From Zancudomyces culisetae HAW-14-8 (Eukaryota; Fungi; Kickxellomycota), in the NCBI GenBank assembly GCA_052426225.1, contig JBNJNM010000006.1:1302001-1366000 (forward strand): a stretch of 64,000 nt of DNA, read 5' to 3'. Shown here piece after piece: positions 1 to 8,172 of this stretch. The notes under the pieces were generated by a model. The model saw only the letters and a list, made by a program, of their open reading frames with translations, was not told the origin of the DNA and ran no database searches. Every line of letters begins with the position of its first letter. Position 1 is the stretch's first letter. The position numbers and the translations under genes were made by a program.

Positions 1-1
1 C

Positions 2-439
2 CAAAGGTCTTGTAACGGCTGATAAACGGTACTGGATGTCATATAACATCGCATCAGTACGTTTATTGTCACCTGATAACTTGATGTTTTCCTCTGGTGG
101 TTCATAATCCATGCCAGAGTTTCTTGGGATGGCTGCGTAAAACTTCTTGCGTTCGACATCTGCCAGTGGTGTCCAAAAGAAATCCTGTTCAACTGTTGGT
201 AGCGCCTTTTGCAGTTTTGGATACATGACCAGGTCTGATGGTGTTGGTCTGGCAACCACGAAGTTTTCAACTGAATCATCGTCGACTGCATCAACGATTG
301 ATGGAGCAGTGATGTTTGCTGAATCACTGATTTCTGATACTGACATGTGATCATTTGGTGCGGTTTGTTTTTCAAGAGCTGATAATCTCTCCAAAATCTG
401 TTGCAAAACTTCAACTGTAACGTTTGCATTTTGACTCAT
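2..439 (-). mobile_element. 5' part of a gag-like ORF running off the left edge; probably a DIRS/tyrosine-recombinase-type retrotransposon ORF1
   Basis: Hand translation from the ATG at 439 is open for 146 codons to the edge (MSQNANVTVEVLQQILERLSALEKQ...LPTVEQDFFWTPLADVERKKF...MDYEPP...LYDIQYRLSAVTRPL). It is absent from the ORF track because there is no stop in the window. The family assignment is from recalled similarity to ORF1 of DIRS-like elements in early-diverging fungi, not from a search. Confidence 0.55.
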
Positions 440-780
440 TATTGAAAATTTAACTAATGACTTTTATAAATACTATGTATTTTTTATAAGCTGGTTGAGT
501 ACCTAGCGAAAGAAAAGATGGTAAAGATTCATCAGGAAACAGGGGACATCAGTTTATATATGGTTTAAATTTATTATATTTAGTTAGTTTTACTTATTTT
601 ATAAAAATTATACAGTGATGTGTGTCATTACACACATCATTACGTATAAAGTTTCTAAATTTAAACACTCTTTTTATCGATTTAATTTTTTACCAAATTT
701 TAAGGTAATGGATTAATCGATAAAAATAGTATCTAGGAAAGAATTTTCGATTATAATAAAGATTGGTACACACACATAAT

Positions 781-1269
781 TGTATCTGGATAAGTGAAGC
801 ATAATATAGTAATATTATTTTTTTATGGATGATAGTTTAGTGATTATTTATAAAGAGTTAGTTTATATAAATTAAAGACATAGGATGAATTTGAAAGCGT
901 CATCCATGTCTTAATATACGGACATATAAATAAAAATCTAGTTAACAATAAAAAAAATATAACAAAACTACGAAAATGTACTACTCAAATGGGTATGAAG
1001 ATGAGGAGATGGCAATAAGTACCACTTCAACATCTTCCGGAAGAAGTACTGGCAGCAGCATGGATCAGGATGCTGGGGTATTAAGCCCCCAGACCTTGAA
1101 AGATCTGACCACTAGCGTGCGTCAGATACAGATCCGTAGCAGCCTAGGGAGTCCGTCGGGGATCAGACTTTCCCCTACACCTCCAAAGGGGTGTGTGTCA
1201 CCCCATTCTGCGCAAATGGGGATAAGGTTACAGAGCAATTGTGTAACCCCCAGTACCCATATTGCGACA
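781..1269 (+). mobile_element. Possible LTR-like unit Z containing the start of an ORF (ATG 976)
   Basis: Begins TGTATC after ACA-TAAT and ends GCGACA, directly abutting the next unit. It has TATAAATA at ~925 and GC-rich hairpins near its 3' end (CCCCATT/AATGGGG, GGTTACA/TGTAACC). Boundaries are uncertain. Confidence 0.35.
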
Positions 1270-1730
1270 TGTTATATAGTGGCTAGTACTACATCTAGAC
1301 GCTATATAATAACATCTCACCAATAACTAATTCATTTATATATTAATATTTAGGTTTATCAATTAATTTATATTTTAATTATTATAGGATATTTAGTATA
1401 TTATGTGTTGCCTAGTTTTTTTTAGCCTTCTATATTTTTTCTACAGCAACATTCTGGTTTATTATTAATATTTAGTTTATGTTTTAAGTTTAAGTATATA
1501 TTTAGTTTTCAAGTATATAATAGTCATTTAGTTATGGGTATAAATAGGGCTAGGAAACTAGCTATGAAAACATCATCAAATAAAAATATAACAAAAGGTT
1601 TGGTCTATATTCAATAAGTGTATACTTTTATTTTGAAAACTACAAAGAATAGCACATAGGATAGTTAGTTATAATTAGAATATATTTACAAAAGCAATAC
1701 GAAAATAGTGAATCTGTATTTTCGTCAACA
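1270..1730 (+). mobile_element. Solo LTR A
   Basis: TGTT...AACA termini, flanked by GACA on both sides (1266-1269, 1731-1734). Has terminal hairpins, TATAAATA at ~1539 and AATAAA at ~1579. Its first 17 nt match unit C at 16/17. Confidence 0.7.
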
Positions 1731-1734
1731 GACA

Positions 1735-1967
1735 TGTCGTATAGTAAACTATACTGAAGAGTTGTCCTAATTTTATTGGTTAGTTTAATAGATGTATTTT
1801 ATAAAAATAGTATAAATATGTTTATTGTGAATTAATTAATAAATTGTCCTTTTCCACAGATAAATAATAGTATAATAAATTTATATACTATTGAAATTGA
1901 CCCGTCCCGTGTAGTACTTGGTTGCAAAAGTTACCAAGTAGGAAGTTAAGCATTTTCACTACACGTA
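1735..1967 (+). mobile_element. Solo LTR B (same family as D, F, G)
   Basis: Starts TGTCGTATAGT, identical to the start of the intact element's LTR. Flanked by GACA (1731-1734, 1968-1971). Its 3' region (CCCGTCCCGTGTAGT...ACTACACG) is homologous to 8996-9064 and to the reverse complement of 7914-7985. Confidence 0.75.
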
Positions 1968-1971
1968 GACA

Positions 1972-2366
1972 TGTCATATAGTGGCTAGACGAGGTTATGA
2001 CTAGTTAATTAGTCATAACGTTATTTAATAAAGCCGCTACCTTGTGGGGATTAGTTTTTTTCATCGATAAAGTAATGTAGTCGATACCTTTTTCTAATGA
2101 CTCACAGTTATTAATTATTATTCATTATTATTTTTAGTCCAGATTTATTAATAGCAAATTTTATTATATAAGTGATTTCTACTTGAATCAGGATATTCAG
2201 AATAATCAAAAAAAAAGTATAAAAAGCGTAGAATTTTATACAAAATAAAAAGATCAGACACATAAAAAACTAGTTATCCGTCTATAATAACTTTAACAAT
2301 ACTTAGATAACAATAAGTATAAAGTTTATTATAATATAAATAGTAAATAAAATCAACTATATTTCA
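1972..2366 (+). mobile_element. Solo LTR C
   Basis: TGTCATATAG...CTATATTTCA (8/10 terminal inverted repeat). Flanked by GACA and GAC. Has TATAAAA at ~2218, AATAAA at ~2244, and a 5' hairpin GTTATGACTA/TAGTCATAAC. Confidence 0.7.
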
Positions 2367-2369
2367 GAC

Positions 2370-2736
2370 TGTCGTATAGTGCCAAATACGACTTTATTCA
2401 AACATTTTTAGTTATTTTAATACTTAGTTTTATTGGTTAATTGAAATAATATTTTTTAGGAATTTTATTGGTTTAATTACGTAACCGTAAATAAGTGAAA
2501 TTATTTCGGTTTCGATTAAAAATATATTTAGTATTTATTTTAGAGGAAGAAAAAAAAGTGAGAGATATCAGATTCGAGATATAACAATAAAAATAGGTTT
2601 TGGAAATTCAACGTATATATTGATTACGCGATTCAACGACTATATAGTATTTAAAATATAACGATAATACTAGTTATTGAACAATTATATATATATATTA
2701 AACAAATAAAGTATAAATAAATTCATTTATACGACA
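2370..2736 (+). repeat. 5' LTR (367 bp)
   Basis: Direct repeat of 7085-7450 with about 4-5 differences by eye; TG...CA ends. Confidence 0.96.
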
Positions 2737-2737
2737 G

Positions 2738-2757
2738 TGGTGCCTTCTGTCGGAATC
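2738..2757 (+). promoter_or_regulatory. Primer-binding site complementary to tRNA-Thr(AGT)
   Basis: TGGTGCCTTCTGTCGGAATC is the exact reverse complement of GATTCCGACAGAAGGCA (7514-7530) plus CCA, and lies 1 nt after the 5' LTR. Confidence 0.95.
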
Positions 2758-2777
2758 TACATTTAAAGTTATTAACA

Positions 2778-5700
2778 ATGGACAAAGTCACTAAGTTTGA
2801 GAGTGGAAAAGGAATCAACGCCGAGGACTGGATTGATGATTTCCAATTGATTGCTAAGATTAACAAGTGGGCCCCTGAGGATTGGGTTGGGTTAGTTAAG
2901 TTGTGGCTTGGGAAGTCCGAGACAATCTGGTACAAGAGAATCAAGAAGAGCTTTACGACTTGGGATATCTTTGCTAAGGAATTCAGGAAAAAATTCAGCA
3001 ATGTGTACTCCACAGGTGGAGCTTGGAACAGGTTGGGATCTATCAAACGCACCGAGTTTGAAAGTCTAGAAGAGTTAGAGATGGAGCTTGAGAAGCTCTG
3101 GGAACAAGTAGGAATAAAAGAAGAAGAGACAAAGATTGGTTCGCTAGTGAGTACATTCTCGGATGAGATTAGAGAAAGACTATCTGACAAGGAAGAATTG
3201 GATAGAGAGCAGGTACTAACCTTTGTAACCAAGATGGAGCAAAGTAAGAATGGTAGGGGAGATACTCTGGCGTTAGCGAAGAGTAGCAAGCCAGCTACTA
3301 AGAACGCCGCTACCCGAGCTGGAAAGACGGTTAAAGAGTTAACCACGGAGTCCGGGCAGTTTGGAGAGTTTCTCAAGACATTCCAGGAGCTTAGCGTCAG
3401 TCTCTTAGAAAAGTTGGATAAGACAGTCGCCCCTAAAAAGGAATACGTGAGTCAGTCAAAAGTGGAAAGGGCAAGCGCTTGGGAGTGCTACTACTGCCAT
3501 GAAAAAGGTCACCGGAGATTTGAATGTCCACTGTTCCAGAAGGAGCATGCGGAGAAGAAGGTGAATTTCTTAGATATGGACAAAGAAATCACTATAGAAG
3601 ATGAAGTACTTACAGTCGAGAAACGGAAAGCAGTAGAGTCAATGGGCAGAGTAGGCAGGCCAGCAAAAGTTAGGAACACCAGGGAGACAGAGGAACCGGA
3701 AGTCTTAACTGAGAGGAGTGTGCAACCTGAGTTTGTTAGGATTGATAAAGGTAAAAAGTTTAATTTAAGGGAAGAATTAGAAAAGGTTTACCCTAAAATA
3801 AGCATGATACAGCTGTTGCACAACTCAGAGAAGATAGCGCAAGAGTGGAAAAACATTGTCGAGGTTGGACCTAACACTGCCCTGAACGAGATAAGACTGC
3901 AAGAAAAGACTACTACTAACTGTAGTATGTCTGTGGAGATATACCAACAACAGTGGAAAGCTGTAGTGGACACGGGAGCCGCCTGCTCCGTCGTAACTAC
4001 TGGTGCTTTGCTGAAGATTGGTTTGGAGCCGACACACAAAAGTTCACATGTTATCATCACGGCGGATGGTAAACGACATGAGACTCTTGGGATAGTTACG
4101 GGAGTACCTATTATGATTAGTAGAATTGAGTTTGTTGCATCCTTAGTGGTGCTGGGCAACAAGGTACCTACCTTAATTTTAGGTATGGACTGGCTGCTTA
4201 AGCATAAAGCAAACCTAAACCTAGGAATTCCGGAGTTGAGACTGCCAGTTGACAGAGCCGAAGTAGTTACCCCGCTGGTAACAACCAAAGCGACGCCGGT
4301 GGTTGAAGAAGAATGGGATTTATATATAGTTTCTGAAGCGCCCATAGGAACACAAGGAAAATTAAATAATGGTATAGTGGAACTGTTAGAGGAATATGAT
4401 GATTTATTTGTAGAGGATATAGATAAATTAAAACAAACTAACGTTGCAGAGCATAAGATAGTACTCACAGATAACAGGCCAATCAAACAGAGGCCCTATA
4501 GGATACCATTTCGACTGCAAGAGGAAGTAGGGTTGGAAATCGATAGGATGCTTGAGCAAAAAGTTATCGCACCAAGTAACGCCGAGTGGTGCTCCCCAGT
4601 TGTTGTTGTCCAGAAGAAGAATGGTAAGCTGCGCATCTGCGCAGACTATAGGAAGTTAAACGCGGTGACGGTTAAAGACTCGTACCCGTTGCCGATCATT
4701 CAGGACCTTTTTATGGCCTTAGCTGGTGCGTGTATCTTTACAACATTAGATGCACTCAGCGGCTTTTGGCAAATAAAGATGTCAGAAGAGGATAAGGAGA
4801 AAACCACATTTGCTTTGCCAGGAGGGGGGAGTTATCTCTACAACGTCATGCCGTTCGGTTTGACAAACAGTCCCTCTACCTTTCAAAGAACGATGGAGAC
4901 TGTGTTAAAAAAAGTGCTTTGGAAAAAAGCTGTTGTCTTTGTAGATGACATAATAATTTTTTCTAAAAGCGAGGACAGTCATTTAGAAGATTTAAGAGAG
5001 GTTATGGAGTTATTAAAAGAAGGGCAAATACAGTTACACAAAGACAAGTGCAAAATAGGATTGTATAGAATTGACTACTTGGGGCACGTTATTTCTGGTG
5101 ATGGTATAGCTACAAGTTCGGTAAAAGTAGAATCAATTGCGAATTTGAAGCCTCCAACTTGTGTGAAGGAAGTTCAGTCATTTTTAGGGATGACTGGATA
5201 CTATAGAAAATTTATTGAAAGATATGCTATAGTCGCTAACCCACTAACACAATTATTAAAAAAAGGTACAGGTTGGAAATGGGGAAAAGAACAAGACGAA
5301 GCGTTTCGAGGAATGAAAAATGCTATGACAAATACGCCAGTACTTGCACATCCGAATTGGGACGAAACTTTTATTGTAACAACGGACGCAGCGATATGTG
5401 GAGTCGGAGCGATTTTATCGCAAGAGGTTGATGGAAATGAGAGACCGATTGAATACGCGAGCCGAACTACAAACAAGGCGGAAAGAAATTATTCAATTAG
5501 TCACCTGGAGGGACTGGCGGTCGTGTGGGCCGTAAAGAAGTTCAAGTTTTATGTTTACGGAAGAAAATTTATTATTAGGACGGATCATAAAGCACTACTT
5601 AACATGTTTAACGGTGAAGAACTAAGTGGAAGACTAGCCAGGTGGGCTATGTTTCTGCGTAACTTTGAGTTTGATATAGTCCATATAGCTGGAAAGGTCA

Positions 5701-7073
5701 ATCCAGCGGACCATTTGTCAAGAAGTGGAATACATGAGATAACCGAGGATGAGCATGTTGAGGTGTTCGGAATGGTATACAGTGAAGAAAGTTTAGTTAG
5801 AAATTATTTATTAGGCGGTACTATACCGCGAGAAGCTACTGTTGAATTAGTTGAAAAAATAAAGAAAAAAGCAAAATATTTTAAGGTGATAGATGGTGTT
5901 ATTTACAAATGGGTAAGAGGTAAGTTGAAAGAAGTTCTAACGGAAGCGGAAAGCATCGAACTAGTCAAAAAGGTCCATGAGGAAACACACGAGGGGATCG
6001 AAAATACTTGGGCTAGAGTGAGCAGAGATCACTATTCGAAAGGGTTATACAGGCAGGTAGCCGACTACGTCAAGAGGTGTCACACTTGTCAGACGTACAA
6101 GTATGGGAGAACTCGAAAGCACGGTTTGAATTCAGTACATGCGGTTAGGCCTTTCGAAGTATTCGGTATGGACGCAATCGGTCCCATTAATCCTGTTTCT
6201 GAAACAGGGAATCGCTATATACTAACTGCAATAGACTATTGTACTAAATGGCCTATTGCAGTTGCAGTTGAAAATTTACTAAGTGAGACTATTGTGGATT
6301 TTGTAATAAACGAAATTGTGACTTACTATGGGGTACCGCAAAAGATAATAACGGATAGAGGTTCGAGTTTTGTCAGTAATGTATCGACGGAAGTTTACTC
6401 CTGGTTGCAACTGGACCACAGTCCGACTACTTCTTACCGCCCGCAGTCGAATGGACAAGTTGAACGGTTAAATAAAACATTAGTAAGTTTATTACAAAAA
6501 ATATGCAAAGTAGATAAGAATAATTGGGATAGGTACTTGTGGAAAGTACTACTTACTATGCGTACAATGAACAGTAAAAGTACCGGATATACACCTGCCG
6601 AGATGCTTTATGGAACCGAATTGCAAATGCCTTCGACGTGGAAGACGAACGGGATAATCGAAGACGACGTCGAACAAATCGAGCACCGACTTAAACTGAT
6701 GCAATCTGATTTACCACAAATTCGAAAAATCGGTGTTCGAAAAGCCGTTGCAGCGAAAGAAGCCGAGAAGATTCGATATAATAAGACTGTTAAACCCACG
6801 AAATTTCAAGTCGGAAATAAAGTTTTGAAAGTAGTAGAATACGATAGAGGTAAATTGGAATCTCTCTGGGAGGGTCCATTTACTATTATAAAAAGGTTTA
6901 GTAAAGGTGCCTACCTTATAACAGACCAGCTTGGGAACCGAGATTTGGTCAATGGAGATTTACTTAAGCTATATCACGAATCGAGATTTATGATCCCTGA
7001 AATTACTAGTCGCCTGAGACCTAAGTTAAATACGTTTAAACAAGCACGTTATAATGAGGACATTATAGCTTGA
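2778..7073 (+). CDS. Gag-Pol polyprotein (single ORF, 1431 aa)
   Basis: CCHC knuckle CYYCHEKGHRRFEC; protease VDTGAA; RT (MPFGL, FVDD); RNase H (TDA, LE, TDH); integrase HHCC, D-D-E core and GPF motif. No chromodomain is evident. Confidence 0.97.
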   Translation: MDKVTKFESGKGINAEDWIDDFQLIAKINKWAPEDWVGLVKLWLGKSETIWYKRIKKSFTTWDIFAKEFRKKFSNVYSTGGAWNRLGSIKRTEFESLEELEMELEKLWEQVGIKEEETKIGSLVSTFSDEIRERLSDKEELDREQVLTFVTKMEQSKNGRGDTLALAKSSKPATKNAATRAGKTVKELTTESGQFGEFLKTFQELSVSLLEKLDKTVAPKKEYVSQSKVERASAWECYYCHEKGHRRFECPLFQKEHAEKKVNFLDMDKEITIEDEVLTVEKRKAVESMGRVGRPAKVRNTRETEEPEVLTERSVQPEFVRIDKGKKFNLREELEKVYPKISMIQLLHNSEKIAQEWKNIVEVGPNTALNEIRLQEKTTTNCSMSVEIYQQQWKAVVDTGAACSVVTTGALLKIGLEPTHKSSHVIITADGKRHETLGIVTGVPIMISRIEFVASLVVLGNKVPTLILGMDWLLKHKANLNLGIPELRLPVDRAEVVTPLVTTKATPVVEEEWDLYIVSEAPIGTQGKLNNGIVELLEEYDDLFVEDIDKLKQTNVAEHKIVLTDNRPIKQRPYRIPFRLQEEVGLEIDRMLEQKVIAPSNAEWCSPVVVVQKKNGKLRICADYRKLNAVTVKDSYPLPIIQDLFMALAGACIFTTLDALSGFWQIKMSEEDKEKTTFALPGGGSYLYNVMPFGLTNSPSTFQRTMETVLKKVLWKKAVVFVDDIIIFSKSEDSHLEDLREVMELLKEGQIQLHKDKCKIGLYRIDYLGHVISGDGIATSSVKVESIANLKPPTCVKEVQSFLGMTGYYRKFIERYAIVANPLTQLLKKGTGWKWGKEQDEAFRGMKNAMTNTPVLAHPNWDETFIVTTDAAICGVGAILSQEVDGNERPIEYASRTTNKAERNYSISHLEGLAVVWAVKKFKFYVYGRKFIIRTDHKALLNMFNGEELSGRLARWAMFLRNFEFDIVHIAGKVNPADHLSRSGIHEITEDEHVEVFGMVYSEESLVRNYLLGGTIPREATVELVEKIKKKAKYFKVIDGVIYKWVRGKLKEVLTEAESIELVKKVHEETHEGIENTWARVSRDHYSKGLYRQVADYVKRCHTCQTYKYGRTRKHGLNSVHAVRPFEVFGMDAIGPINPVSETGNRYILTAIDYCTKWPIAVAVENLLSETIVDFVINEIVTYYGVPQKIITDRGSSFVSNVSTEVYSWLQLDHSPTTSYRPQSNGQVERLNKTLVSLLQKICKVDKNNWDRYLWKVLLTMRTMNSKSTGYTPAEMLYGTELQMPSTWKTNGIIEDDVEQIEHRLKLMQSDLPQIRKIGVRKAVAAKEAEKIRYNKTVKPTKFQVGNKVLKVVEYDRGKLESLWEGPFTIIKRFSKGAYLITDQLGNRDLVNGDLLKLYHESRFMIPEITSRLRPKLNTFKQARYNEDIIA

Positions 7074-7081
7074 AGGGGGAG
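7072..7081 (+). promoter_or_regulatory. Polypurine tract
   Basis: GAAGGGGGAG, 3 nt before the 3' LTR. Confidence 0.85.
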
Positions 7082-7084
7082 TGC

Positions 7085-7450
7085 TGTCGTATAGTGCCAA
7101 ATACGACTTTATTCAAACATTTTTAGTTATTTTAATACTTAGTTTTATTGGTTAATTGAAATAAAATTTTTTAGGAATTTTATTGGTTTAATTACGTAAC
7201 CGTAAATAAGTGAAATTATTTCGGTTTCGATTCAAAATATATTTAGTATTTATTTTAGAGGAAGGAAAAAAAAGAGAGATATCAGATTCGAGATATAACA
7301 ATAAAAATAGGTTTTGGAAATTCAACGTATATATTGATTACGCGATTCAACGACTATATAGTATTTAAAATATAACGATAATACTAGTTATTGAACAATT
7401 ATATATATATATTAAACAAATAAAGTATAAATAAATTCATTTATACGACA
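7085..7450 (+). repeat. 3' LTR (366 bp)
   Basis: Direct repeat of 2370-2736. Confidence 0.96.
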
Positions 7451-7457
7451 GCCAATT

Positions 7458-7530
7458 GCCTTCTTGGCTCAGTTGGCAGAGCGTCTGCCTAGTAAGCAGA
7501 AGGTCGTCGGTTCGATTCCGACAGAAGGCA
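7458..7530 (+). tRNA. tRNA-Thr(AGT)
   Basis: Cloverleaf: acceptor GCCTTCT/AGAAGGC, D stem GCTC/GAGC, anticodon arm TCTGC-CTAGTAA-GCAGA, T arm GTCGG-TTCGATT-CCGAC. Confidence 0.96.
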
Positions 7531-7536
7531 CTGTTA

Positions 7537-7608
7537 GCCTGATTAGCTCAGTGGTAGAGCGTTGGTCTTGTAAACCAAAGGTCGGGTGTTCAATCCACCC
7601 ATTAGGCA
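7537..7608 (+). tRNA. tRNA-Thr(TGT)
   Basis: Cloverleaf: acceptor GCCTGAT/ATTAGGC, anticodon arm TTGGT-CTTGTAA-ACCAA, T arm GGGTG-TTCAATC-CACCC. Confidence 0.95.
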
Positions 7609-7612
7609 TACA

Positions 7613-7617
7613 TTTTT
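7613..7617 (+). terminator. Pol III T-run terminator for the tRNA-Thr pair
   Basis: First T5 run downstream of both tRNAs. Confidence 0.7.
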
Positions 7618-7834
7618 ATTACTATTAATTCATTTTAAAGTTCTATACTGTATAATAAAGGTTACATAATTTTTTCTGCGATTCAATCGTGATTCCTTAG
7701 TAAGAGATAACTACCAATGAGAGCTAGCAAAAAACTTGTAGCTGTTATACTACACTATTCAAACTCAGAAATCACAATAGCTGAAATAATATATCAGATA
7801 TCATTTTATTTCTACATATTACGATTTGGCAAAA

Positions 7835-7906
7835 AGGTCCTACCGAGAGTCGAACTCGGGCTACTGGATTCAAAGTCCAATGTCATGACCGTTAGACCAT
7901 AGGACC
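7835..7906 (-). tRNA. tRNA-Gln(TTG)
   Basis: Reverse complement GGTCCTATGGTCTAACGG...TTGGA-CTTTGAA-TCCAG...CCGAG-TTCGACT-CTCGG-TAGGACCT, running into a T tract (A5 at 7831-7835). Confidence 0.95.
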
Positions 7907-7913
7907 AGTGCTG

Positions 7914-8167
7914 TGTTGTGTGTTGCCATGTTTAACGTCCCATTTAGTGTTTTTTAAACCAAATAACACACGGGACGGGTCATTTTACTTACCTTTTACT
8001 ATATGCTGCGAATTATTATACAGTACTTTGGATTTTGCAAAAGAGGACATTTATTTAGTTAAACAAAAATTTCAATTTTATACAATAAAATCTACAAAAA
8101 ATCTAACTAAAAATTACAAAACACAATTAACCAATGGAAATGTTTCACCTATTGTAGGCATACAACA
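7914..8167 (-). mobile_element. Solo LTR D with perfect 4-bp TSD
   Basis: TGTTGTGTG...CATACAACA termini with GCTG on both sides (7910-7913, 8168-8171). Lies 7 bp upstream of tRNA-Gln. Roughly 90% identical to 8547-8799. Confidence 0.85.
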
Positions 8168-8172
8168 GCTGT

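Larger units (their letters stand above)
2370..7450 (+). mobile_element. Full-length Ty3/Gypsy LTR retrotransposon
   Basis: Two near-identical LTRs with TGTCGTATA...TATACGACA inverted termini, a PBS, a PPT, and an intact gag-pol ORF in PR-RT-RH-IN order. Confidence 0.97.

Noticed and set aside
1750-1775. CTGAAGAG in unit B as a hammerhead ribozyme core (retrozyme)
   Set aside because: No stem II followed by GAAA at a suitable distance, and the motif is absent from D, F and G.
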